The notes under the pieces are model-generated. The model was not told the origin of the DNA. It worked only from the letters and a program-made list of their open reading frames with translations, and ran no database searches. From an uncultured Gammaproteobacteria bacterium (GTDB taxonomy: Bacteria > Pseudomonadota > Gammaproteobacteria > UBA9214): 64,000 bases of DNA. Shown in pieces: positions 55,960 through 64,000 of this stretch (position 1 is its first letter; the number at the start of each line of letters is the position of its first letter). The translations under genes were made by a program, and so were the position numbers. Where the stretch lies: contig CAWHCQ010000012.1 of assembly GCA_963827755.1 (NCBI GenBank), forward strand, positions 64,001 to 128,000. The letters run 5' to 3'.

Positions 55960-56924
55960 TATTCTGTAACCTCATGTTGAATTTCGCTTGCCAGGCCCCG
56001 CTCGACTGCAACCTGGCGAAACGTCTGTGCATGTTCCCGCAGGCGGGCTGCCTCCAGCAAAAACACCCCTTCGCCGCCATATTCAAAATCCAGCCACAGG
56101 AACGGGACCCGGGGGTATTGCTCAACCAGCCGCTGCTGCGAATGGCCGACCTCGACAACCAGTATGCCATTATCCTGAAGGCAGGCAGCGGCCTCGTTCA
56201 GGATGATGCTCACGATATCAAGACCATCCGATCCGGCAACCAGGCCCAGCGCAGGCTCATGCCGGAATTCTGCCGGTAACTCGAGTACTTCCTGCCGGGG
56301 CACATAGGGCGGGTTCGATACAATGATGTCATAGCGTGCAGCTGTCAATCCGGCAAACAGGTTCGACTCGATGGCTGTCACCCGGCTTTCGAGGTGATGA
56401 CGGCGGATATTCACGCCGGCGACTTCCAGCGCATCCGCCGAGATGTCTGCCATGTCAACACGAGCATCGGGGAATGCGCAGGCACAGGCAATGCCTATAC
56501 AGCCACTGCCGCAACACAGGTCAAGAATCCTGGTCACGCGCTGCGGATCGATCCACGGGGCGAACCCGGCCTCAACCAGTTCGGCAATTGGCGACCTGGG
56601 TACCAGCACCCGCTCATCCACATAAAATGACAGCCCCGCAAAACGGGCCTCGTTGAGCAGGTAGGCTGCGGGCTTGCGGCTGGCAACGCGTCGTTCGAGC
56701 AGCTCCATCACCCGTAGACAGTCTTTATCGTCCAGCGCAACATCGAGCGCCTCATCGGGCTCATCGTACCCGATATGCAGTTCATGCAGGACCAGCGCCG
56801 CCGCTTCATCCAGCGCATTGTCCGTTCCATGCCCGAAAAAAAGACCGGCCTGCTCAAACAACTCCGCGCCCCGGTGGATCAATAACCTTGGAGTTAGCGG
56901 TGATTCTGTTTCGAATAGCGTCAT
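55959..56924 (-). CDS. prmB: Ribosomal protein L3 glutamine methyltransferase
   Basis: FGHGTDNALDEA, VPRSPIAEL, LDLCCGSGCI and SNPPY motifs; next to aroC. Confidence 0.95.
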   Translation of the reverse strand: MTLFETESPLTPRLLIHRGAELFEQAGLFFGHGTDNALDEAAALVLHELHIGYDEPDEALDVALDDKDCLRVMELLERRVASRKPAAYLLNEARFAGLSFYVDERVLVPRSPIAELVEAGFAPWIDPQRVTRILDLCCGSGCIGIACACAFPDARVDMADISADALEVAGVNIRRHHLESRVTAIESNLFAGLTAARYDIIVSNPPYVPRQEVLELPAEFRHEPALGLVAGSDGLDIVSIILNEAAACLQDNGILVVEVGHSQQRLVEQYPRVPFLWLDFEYGGEGVFLLEAARLREHAQTFRQVAVERGLASEIQHEVTE

Positions 56925-56988
56925 GACAGTGCGTTCCAGGTCAATGGACAGGGTGCTTCAGGCAACACTCTGTGAAATAATAACCACA

Positions 56989-57636
56989 ATGTCTACCCCC
57001 GCAAAACATCGAAACATCGCACGCATCCTGTTCCTGATAATTCTGGCCGTGCTGGCTACAGCGACGGGTATATGGTCTGCCACCGTGATACTGGACCGCC
57101 GGGCCGATCTGCAGGATCTGGAGGCAACCCGCTTCCCGGTGGCCCGGTCACTGGCCCCCTTTGAACTGGTAGACCACAACAACCGGGTGTTCAGTGAAGC
57201 AACGCTGCGAAACAGGTGGTCTTTTCTGTTCTTTGGCTACACCCACTGTCCGGATGTATGTCCAACCACGCTCAGCGTCCTGAACACGGTTGCCAACCGC
57301 CTGGAGGACGTCGACGCCGATGTGCGTTTTGTATTTGTCAGTGTTGACCCGGAACGGGATACCCCGGAACAACTTGCCAGGTTCGTGACTTATTTCAACG
57401 GAGAGTTCATCGGCCTGACCGGCTCAACGCAGCAAATCGAACAATTCACCAGGGATCTCGGCGTCATGCACATGCGGGTTGCAGCAGAAAAAAATACACC
57501 GGGCTATCTCGTCGACCATACGGCATCCGTGTTCCTGATCGACCCTGACGGCCGCTACCATGCGGTGTTCAGTCCACCACTGGCAGCGGATAAAATCACT
57601 GCCGATTTCAGAAAAATGCTCAAGGCCTATCACTAG
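56989..57636 (+). CDS. SCO1/SenC family copper chaperone
   Basis: N-terminal TM, FFGYTHCPDVCP (CxxxC), VDPERDT and VDH motifs. Confidence 0.94.
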   Translation: MSTPAKHRNIARILFLIILAVLATATGIWSATVILDRRADLQDLEATRFPVARSLAPFELVDHNNRVFSEATLRNRWSFLFFGYTHCPDVCPTTLSVLNTVANRLEDVDADVRFVFVSVDPERDTPEQLARFVTYFNGEFIGLTGSTQQIEQFTRDLGVMHMRVAAEKNTPGYLVDHTASVFLIDPDGRYHAVFSPPLAADKITADFRKMLKAYH

Positions 57637-57700
57637 ACCCGGTATCACTGCACGCCAGGACAGCAGCACCCGATTCACTACAACACACTCGAACCAGCCA

Positions 57701-58165
57701 ATGAGAACAACACCCCTGTCGCTTTACCTTGTCATGTTGACTGCCCTGTGTCTGTGCAACACTGCACAGGCCGCGACACTTGAAATCTTCCATCCCTGGG
57801 TCAGGGAGGCACCCCCGTCCAGCCGGGTGCTGGCCGCCTACATGACCGTCAAAAACCCGGGAGATGCCGCCATCAGCATCGAAGGGATCTCCAGTCCTGA
57901 TTTTGAATCTGCCGAAGTACACCGCACCGTCGTCCACGAAGGCATGGCGCGCATGCTGCATATCAAACAACTCGAGATACCGGCAATGGGAACGGTCAGG
58001 CTGGAACCCGGCGGGCTGCACCTGATGCTGTTTAACCCGAACCGTTCGCTGGCCACCGGTGACAGCGTCACCCTGACCCTGCACCTTGGCAACGGCATCT
58101 GCCTGACACTGGACATGCCCGTTATACGACAGGCAGCCGATGACCGGGCGCCCCGACACCATTAA
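57701..58165 (+). CDS. Copper chaperone PCu(A)C
   Basis: Signal peptide; WVRE...AAYM...EVH...MARM...PGGLHLML. Confidence 0.92.
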   Translation: MRTTPLSLYLVMLTALCLCNTAQAATLEIFHPWVREAPPSSRVLAAYMTVKNPGDAAISIEGISSPDFESAEVHRTVVHEGMARMLHIKQLEIPAMGTVRLEPGGLHLMLFNPNRSLATGDSVTLTLHLGNGICLTLDMPVIRQAADDRAPRHH

Positions 58166-58183
58166 ATCCCCAGGTTCAGCAGG

Positions 58184-59068
58184 ATGACCCCGACAAACGC
58201 AAGCCTCCCGGACCTGCTAAAGTCCTGGCCCCTGGCCATCCTGCCGCACCAGCTGCTGTCCAGGCTGGTGCGCAGCGCGACACGCTGGAAAACCGCTTTC
58301 TGGAAAAATACCCTCATCGGGCTGTTCATCAGGCACTTCGATGTCGACATGACAGAAGCGGAATTTCCGAATGCAAAAGACTATGCCGATTTCAACAGCT
58401 TTTTTACCCGGGCCCTCAGGGCCGGCGTCCGGCCGGTTGACCGGGACCCGCAGGCCATTCTCTCCCCGGTGGATGGGCGCGTCAGCGAGGCAGGCGCTAT
58501 CAGCAACGGGCGCCTGATCCAGGCAAAAGGCCGTGACTACTCACTCAACACCTTGCTCGGGGGTGATGAAAACCGCGCGCATCCTTTCGAGGCCGGCAGC
58601 TTTGCCACCCTCTACCTGTCACCGCGCGATTATCACCGCATCCATATGCCCTGCAGGGGGCGGCTGCTGGAAACCGCTTACATTCCAGGCAGGTTATTCA
58701 GCGTAGGCCCGCACACGGTCCGCGCCATCCCGAACCTGTTTACCCGCAATGAACGCCTGGTCACCCTGTTTGAGACGGACGCCGGGCCCATGGCGGTCAT
58801 CCTGGTCGGCGCCATTTTCGTGTCCTGCATGGAAACCGCCTGGGGCGGCATCGCCAACCCGGACATGGGCGCTGACTTGCAAACCACATCCTTTGATCAA
58901 CCCGGGAGTACACCGGTCGAGCTCCAGCCGGGTGACGAGATGGGGCGATTCAACATGGGCTCAACCGTGATACTGCTCTATGGCCCCGGCCGGGTTGACT
59001 GGGTCGACAAGCTGCGCAACGGCCAGCAGGTGCGCATGGGAGAGGCGATCGGCCGGCAGTTGCGCTGA
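58184..59068 (+). CDS. psd: Phosphatidylserine decarboxylase proenzyme
   Basis: FNSFFTRAL, SPVDG, YLSPRDYHR and F-N-M-GST cleavage motif. Confidence 0.95.
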   Translation: MTPTNASLPDLLKSWPLAILPHQLLSRLVRSATRWKTAFWKNTLIGLFIRHFDVDMTEAEFPNAKDYADFNSFFTRALRAGVRPVDRDPQAILSPVDGRVSEAGAISNGRLIQAKGRDYSLNTLLGGDENRAHPFEAGSFATLYLSPRDYHRIHMPCRGRLLETAYIPGRLFSVGPHTVRAIPNLFTRNERLVTLFETDAGPMAVILVGAIFVSCMETAWGGIANPDMGADLQTTSFDQPGSTPVELQPGDEMGRFNMGSTVILLYGPGRVDWVDKLRNGQQVRMGEAIGRQLR

Positions 59069-59085
59069 ATATCGAGTAATCACCT

Positions 59086-59112
59086 GTTAACCAAACGTGC
59101 GCCCCCCCGTTA
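59086..59112 (+). promoter_or_regulatory. Candidate ECF sigma factor promoter
   Basis: GTTAAC-N16-CGTTA (AAC...CGT pattern) upstream of the His-rich gene and the ECF module. Confidence 0.5.
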
Positions 59113-59147
59113 GCGGCTTATGAGTCAACCAGAAAGGAGCCGCACTC

Positions 59148-59492
59148 ATGAAAATTCGTTCACTGTTCATTCCGACATTCCTTGCAGTGGGCCTGTCGCT
59201 TGGTTTGTCGACCTCTGCCCAGGCAAGAGACACGCATTATTCCGTCATCCTGCACGGTGGCGATCACGGCTATGCTCACACCGGGCACCAGCGTGACTAC
59301 CGACGTCATTTCAAACATCACCGCCGCGCTTGTGATTATCGTGGCCATGGGCATCACAAGCGTCATTACGGCCGCCTTGATCCGTACCATAGTGATCGCT
59401 ACCGGAAACATCACAAGCGCGACAAACAGCACGGATACCGGCGGGACAGAGACCATCATGACGACCATGGCCGCGGCCGCCACAGGGGTTAG
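59148..59492 (+). CDS. Secreted His/Arg-rich low-complexity protein
   Basis: AAAGGAG RBS, signal peptide ending SAQA, mature part dominated by H, R, D and G. Confidence 0.75.
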   Translation: MKIRSLFIPTFLAVGLSLGLSTSAQARDTHYSVILHGGDHGYAHTGHQRDYRRHFKHHRRACDYRGHGHHKRHYGRLDPYHSDRYRKHHKRDKQHGYRRDRDHHDDHGRGRHRG

Positions 59493-59640
59493 TCCAGGGC
59501 ATGAATCGGTTATACTGCACGGACTGGTGCGGTGTGTCCCGGCAACGGGACACACCGTAAAAGTTATCACCATGGATTGCCCGAAAGCGCTCTGCATCGC
59601 CAGTACCGGGCGCATTCCCGACCATCGCCCTGGAGCTGTT

Positions 59641-60243
59641 TTGCCCCTGGACCAGCAAAAAAACCGGCAACTGGAAAGCTTCTTCACAGACTGGGAAGAA
59701 CGGGCATTTTATATTGCCTATGCCGCCCTCTGGGACAGGGAGTCCTCGCTGGATGCCGTCCAGGAGAGCATGACCCGGTTGATAGAATACTACCGTGACA
59801 AACCGGCTGAGGAATGGCCGGCGCTGTTCCGCACCATTCTGAACAGCAAGATCAACGATATTCGACGCCGGCGAATGCTGGAACAGGGCAAGCACAAACT
59901 GGTGTCATTGACCGGCCTCTTCCAGAAAGACAGGGAAGAGACCGGGGCGAACACGGAATATGAACTGCCGGCCGACGGCCGCGATGACGATATAACCGCT
60001 CCGGAGGCGGAAATTGTCGCCACAGAACTGCGCAGCAAGGTGGCCGATGCCTTGCAATCGCTCTCTGAAAGACAACGTCAGGTATTTATTCTCAGGGAAT
60101 GGCGTGGTATGACTATCAATGAAACAGCGCAGACGCTCGGCTGCTCGAAAAACAGCGTCAAGCAGCACCATTTTCGGGCGCTGCGTACATTACGCGTGGA
60201 ACTAGCGGAGGTGTGGGATCATGCACAGCACACAACATCCTGA
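59641..60243 (+). CDS. ECF RNA polymerase sigma factor
   Basis: LDAVQESM (region 2) and LSERQRQVFILR...ETAQTLGCSKNSVKQHHFRA (region 4); start approximate. Confidence 0.92.
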   Translation: MPLDQQKNRQLESFFTDWEERAFYIAYAALWDRESSLDAVQESMTRLIEYYRDKPAEEWPALFRTILNSKINDIRRRRMLEQGKHKLVSLTGLFQKDREETGANTEYELPADGRDDDITAPEAEIVATELRSKVADALQSLSERQRQVFILREWRGMTINETAQTLGCSKNSVKQHHFRALRTLRVELAEVWDHAQHTTS

Positions 60244-60691
60244 CCCGGAACAGCTGGATCGGCTGCGTGCCGGCCTGCTGGATGACAAGGCCGATGAAAA
60301 AAGGTCACTGGAAAAGCATCTCGAAGACTGCCCGTCCTGCCAGTCGCACTACACCAGCTGGCAGCAACTCGGCCCCGCAGCACTGGGGCCGCAGCTGGGC
60401 ACGGCATCACTGGGCAGCTCCCTGCAACAGGCACGCCGGCAGGCCCTGGATAACGCAGATACACGCCATTCGCGCTCATACACCCGTTACGCAACAGCGG
60501 CACTGCTGCTGGTCGCAGTATCGATCGGTTTCTGGGTGGCCCAGCCGGAATTCCAGGAGACACAGCTGGCGACGGCGGAGTCTGGCCAGGAGGTTCCGGA
60601 CCTGTATGAAGATATAGACTTTTACCTCTGGCTTGCCGGGCAGAATGGTAATAGCATCGATAATGAAGACACCAACCCGAACAATACCTGA
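60221..60691 (+). CDS. Zinc-binding (ZAS/zf-HC2) membrane anti-sigma factor
   Basis: H-x3-C-x2-C motif (HLEDCPSC), one TM helix, C-terminal EDIDFYLWL. Confidence 0.85.
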   Translation: MHSTQHPDPEQLDRLRAGLLDDKADEKRSLEKHLEDCPSCQSHYTSWQQLGPAALGPQLGTASLGSSLQQARRQALDNADTRHSRSYTRYATAALLLVAVSIGFWVAQPEFQETQLATAESGQEVPDLYEDIDFYLWLAGQNGNSIDNEDTNPNNT

Positions 60692-60692
60692 C

Positions 60693-61016
60693 ATGAGCCC
60701 TGTGATCGCCATACGGTCCGTGCTGCTGGTGCTGGCTTTGATGGCCAGCTCCCAGGCCGCGCTTGCGGCCAGGGGTATACCCTGGAATTCCCTGGACGAG
60801 ACCGAGCAGTCGGCGTTGCAGCAGTACCGGGGAAACTGGTCGAACATTGCCCCGGAAGAACAGCAAAAACTGCGCCAGGGTGCGCGCAAGTACCTCAAGC
60901 TCAGCCCGCAACAGCGTCAGGCAGTCGAGCGAAAACGCAATCAATATGAAAAAATGCCCCCGCAGCAACGCCAGCAGTTACGCAGGGAATATCGCAAACA
61001 GAAACAGCAAAGATAA
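60693..61016 (+). CDS. DUF3106-like periplasmic helical repeat protein
   Basis: Signal peptide; repeated W/Y-x-x-L-x-P-x-Q-R/Q helices; follows the anti-sigma gene. Confidence 0.8.
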   Translation: MSPVIAIRSVLLVLALMASSQAALAARGIPWNSLDETEQSALQQYRGNWSNIAPEEQQKLRQGARKYLKLSPQQRQAVERKRNQYEKMPPQQRQQLRREYRKQKQQR

Positions 61017-61130
61017 TCCCCCGTCCGGGCGGTACGGCTCATACCACCACGCTTACCACTGACAGCCCTTCTCTGCTATGCTTCGCGCGCCCGCTCACCG
61101 GGTACTTGAACAGAATACAGGCAGGCAATC

Positions 61131-61928
61131 ATGCACCCCACCCTGAATATCGCTGTCCGAGCGGCACGTAGCGCCGGCAACGTCATCATCCGCAATCTTG
61201 GCAAGCTCGACTCGCTGACCGTACACTCGAAGAATCGCAATGATTTCGTCAGCGAAGTGGACACGCAGGCCGAGCAGGAAATCATCCACATCCTGCGCAA
61301 GGCCTTCCCCGACCATGGCATCCTTGCAGAAGAAAGCGGTCATCACGATGGCGATGCCTATCAATGGGTCATCGACCCGCTGGATGGTACGACAAACTTC
61401 CTCCATGGTTTTCCACAGTTCGCCGTATCCATCGCCCTGAGGCACAAGGGCAGACTGGAACAGGGCGTCGTCTATGATCCGTTGCGCCAGGAACTGTTTA
61501 CCGCGACTCGCGGAGCCGGCGCCATGTTGAACGACCGCCGCATTCGGGTAACAAGTCGCAAGTCACTCGACGGTGCCTTGCTGGGTACCGGCTTTCCGTT
61601 TAAATCGCAACAGCATCTGGACGCCTACCTGGATATGTTCCGTGTCCTGTTTCCCCGGTCAGCCGGGATCAGGCGCGCCGGCTCAGCCGCTCTCGACCTC
61701 GCCTATGTCGCCAGCGGCCGCCTCGATGGCTTCTGGGAGATCGGTTTGAGCATATGGGACATGGCTGCAGGCATTCTGCTGATCCAGGAAGCAGGCGGCC
61801 TGTGTGCTGATTTCACCGGCGGGCATGATTATTTGGGCAACGGAAACCTGGTCACCGCCAACCCGAAACTGTTTGCTGAAATCCTGAAAACCATTCGCCC
61901 CTTCGTGACAGACGAACTGCGTACCTGA
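61131..61928 (+). CDS. suhB: Inositol-1-monophosphatase/Nus factor SuhB
   Basis: WVIDPLDGTTNF, GSAALDLAYVA and WDMAAG motifs. Confidence 0.97.
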   Translation: MHPTLNIAVRAARSAGNVIIRNLGKLDSLTVHSKNRNDFVSEVDTQAEQEIIHILRKAFPDHGILAEESGHHDGDAYQWVIDPLDGTTNFLHGFPQFAVSIALRHKGRLEQGVVYDPLRQELFTATRGAGAMLNDRRIRVTSRKSLDGALLGTGFPFKSQQHLDAYLDMFRVLFPRSAGIRRAGSAALDLAYVASGRLDGFWEIGLSIWDMAAGILLIQEAGGLCADFTGGHDYLGNGNLVTANPKLFAEILKTIRPFVTDELRT

Positions 61929-62015
61929 TTACTCCCGCCGGGCGTCCACCGGGCTGGCTGCGCAATCGCCGCTGCCGGGAAAGGATTTCACGCCCGCGAA
62001 CACCCCCGGCCGGGT

Positions 62016-62042
62016 TCAAGTTTGATGTCCGGGTGCCGATTA
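62016..62042 (+). promoter_or_regulatory. Sigma28-type promoter upstream of small ORF 62103
   Basis: TCAAG-N14-GCCGATTA, matching the Pseudomonas-type FliA consensus TCAAG-N14-GCCGATA. Confidence 0.6.
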
Positions 62043-62102
62043 TTGAGCCATATAGATGCTGCATCCCGGGCCCCACCGGGTTGATAAACAGGATAAATAG
62101 AT

Positions 62103-62330
62103 ATGGCTAACTCATTAAAAGGGAAGAAGATTAATAATAGCGCCATGGAGGTTATCATGCGCGATGTCCTGCATGGGATGGCAGAGTTCACTCGGGACAA
62201 CAGCTGCGGCAGCCAGCTCGGCAACCTGGAAATCATCGCCGTTGAGAGTCCGCGCCGTCATCTGCCGACGAGCGCCAGGATACTGCCCTTTCCTTTAGCC
62301 GGAACGACTTCCACAAAAAAACAGCCGTAA
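62103..62330 (+). CDS. Small hypothetical protein (75 aa)
   Basis: CAGGA RBS, promoter motif upstream, fills the suhB-secF gap. Confidence 0.55.
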   Translation: MANSLKGKKINNSAMEVIMRDVLHGMAEFTRDNSCGSQLGNLEIIAVESPRRHLPTSARILPFPLAGTTSTKKQP

Positions 62331-62357
62331 CGGCATCCGCCAGTGTCACACGGCAGT

Positions 62358-63296
62358 TTAAATACTGCTGCCTTCCTGTCCTTCCTCTTCTTTTTTCGCC
62401 GGCATTAAATCGGCCTTGGTGACACCCAGCGCCAGTGTGGCGGTACTTGCCACGTAGATCGATGAATAGGTGCCAACCACAACACCGAGAATCAGGGCCA
62501 GGGAGAACCCGTGAATCACTTCCCCGCCAAAAACAAACAGGGACGTCAGCACAATCAATGTGGTCAGCGAGGTCATCAAGGTTCGTGACAGGGTCTGGTT
62601 GATAGAGGCATTTATTACCTGTATCGAAGTCCGCTTGCGCATTTTACGGAAGTTTTCGCGGATCCGGTCAAACACCACGATGGTATCGTTGAGCGAGTAG
62701 CCGATAACCGCGAGCAGGGCCGCGACCACTGTGAGATCAAAATCGCTCTGGGTCAACGAAAAGAAGCCGACAATAATGAGCACATCGTGAATGAGAGCGG
62801 CGACAGCCCCGGGCGCAAAGCGCCACTGGAAACGGACAATAATATAGAGAAGAATCCCGATCAGCGCGTAGATCATCGCCAGGGCACCCTGCTCAGTCAG
62901 TTCCTTGCCAACCTGCGGACCAACAAATTCAACACGACGCATCTCGACGCTTGCATCCTGCTTACGCAAGGCTGCGAGCACATCCTCGCTAAGCTGGGCA
63001 CTTTTTTTGCCTTCACGGGGCGCGATCCGTATGAGGACATCACGCGAGGTGCCGAAATGCTGTGCCTGCGCCAGGTCGAAACCTGCATCGGACAGCACTG
63101 CACGAATCGTTTCCAGCTCCGCGGGTTGCGGGTAGCCAACCTCGATCAATGTGCCACCGGTAAAATCAATGCCCAGGTTCAACCCCTTGTACAGCAGTGA
63201 ACCCGCAGCAATAACAAGCATCAATGAAGATACTATGACGGCAAAACGCCGCTTGCCCATAAAATCAATATTCAGTTTGCCTTTTAAAAGTCGCAT
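62358..63296 (-). CDS. secF: Protein translocase subunit SecF
   Basis: GIDFTGG, VGPQVG and GYSLNDTIVVFDRIREN motifs. Confidence 0.97.
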   Translation of the reverse strand: MRLLKGKLNIDFMGKRRFAVIVSSLMLVIAAGSLLYKGLNLGIDFTGGTLIEVGYPQPAELETIRAVLSDAGFDLAQAQHFGTSRDVLIRIAPREGKKSAQLSEDVLAALRKQDASVEMRRVEFVGPQVGKELTEQGALAMIYALIGILLYIIVRFQWRFAPGAVAALIHDVLIIVGFFSLTQSDFDLTVVAALLAVIGYSLNDTIVVFDRIRENFRKMRKRTSIQVINASINQTLSRTLMTSLTTLIVLTSLFVFGGEVIHGFSLALILGVVVGTYSSIYVASTATLALGVTKADLMPAKKEEEGQEGSSI

Positions 63297-63315
63297 GCTT
63301 ATCCGCCTTCAGCCA

Positions 63316-64000
63316 TCAAATCGACAGCCGGGAAACACGCCGGCCACCATAGACAAGGTTTATCACTGCACGGGTACCCATAATGGCAGTGAACATCGAG
63401 GTTAATATCCCGATCGACAGGGTCACTGCAAAGCCCTTGACAGGACCCGTTCCATAACTCAACAGGACAACGGCAGCAATCAGGGTGGTGATATTTGCGT
63501 CGGCGATCGTGGAAAACGCCTTCTCGTATCCGGCCTGTATACTCGCCTGCGGACTGTTGCCGTTACGCAGTTCTTCCCTTATACGTTCGAAAATCAACAC
63601 ATTCGCATCCACTGCCATACCCACTGTCAGCACGATACCGGCGATACCAGGCAAGGTCAGCGTCGCCTGCAACATCGAGAGGATAGCGATGATCAGTACG
63701 AGGTTCACTGTCAGCGCAATATCCGCAACCAGCCCGAACAAGCGGTAGTAAAGCACCATAAAAACCAGCACTGCACAAAACCCGATCAGCACCGAGTTAA
63801 AACCCTGGTCGATATTATCCTTACCCATGCTCGGACCGATGGTGCGCTCCTCGACAATCTCGATCGGCGCTGCCAGCGCACCGGAGCGTAACAGGAGCGC
63901 CAGTTCGTGCGCTTCTCCGGGACTGTCCAGGCCGGTAGTCTGGAAGCGCTTGCTGAAGACGCCCTGTATGGTGGCGACACTCACCACGTCCTCAACCTTT
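63316..64000 (-). CDS. secD: Protein translocase subunit SecD (3' part; runs off the window)
   Basis: [16 protein letters not shown] and [17 protein letters not shown] motifs. Confidence 0.97.
   Translation of the reverse strand, partial: KVEDVVSVATIQGVFSKRFQTTGLDSPGEAHELALLLRSGALAAPIEIVEERTIGPSMGKDNIDQGFNSVLIGFCAVLVFMVLYYRLFGLVADIALTVNLVLIIAILSMLQATLTLPGIAGIVLTVGMAVDANVLIFERIREELRNGNSPQASIQAGYEKAFSTIADANITTLIAAVVLLSYGTGPVKGFAVTLSIGILTSMFTAIMGTRAVINLVYGGRRVSRLSI

Noticed and set aside
59182-59640. Long N-terminal extension of the ECF sigma ORF (353 aa in the track)
   Set aside because: It overlaps the His-rich gene in another frame; sigma similarity starts near 59641.

Overview
GC-rich gammaproteobacterial chromosome segment that is mostly core genome. 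Core content: peptide ABC transporter, fabI, ppiD-tRNA(Asp,Val)-hupB-lon-clpX-clpP-tig, a five-tRNA cluster, folD/cysS/ppiB/lpxH, the long minus-strand run aroC-MFS-leuCDB-asd-fimV-truA-trpFBA-accD-folC-dedD-cvpA-purF-metZ, prmB, SCO/PCuAC/psd, an ECF sigma module, suhB and secDF. An accessory block of about 11 kb sits between fabI and ppiD. It holds a type IV minor pilin operon (fimT-pilVWX-pilY1-pilE) with an unusual PilY1, a six-repeat FG-GAP lipoprotein, a probable reverse transcriptase remnant, a secreted dockerin-like protein, a flavodoxin-family pseudogene and a dicarboxylate/amino acid symporter. Most notable non-coding signals: (1) three sigma28/FliA-type promoters, one in front of the pilin operon and two in front of small orphan ORFs; (2) a ~95-nt pseudoknot-plus-terminator leader that starts at the predicted sigma28 start site of the pilin operon; (3) a SAM-II riboswitch with a terminator/antiterminator platform before metZ; (4) tandem sigma54 and sigma32 promoters before lon. 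Nine +1 frameshifts in eight genes look like assembly-consensus artefacts rather than real pseudogenes. All family assignments come from motif recognition by eye; no searches were run.
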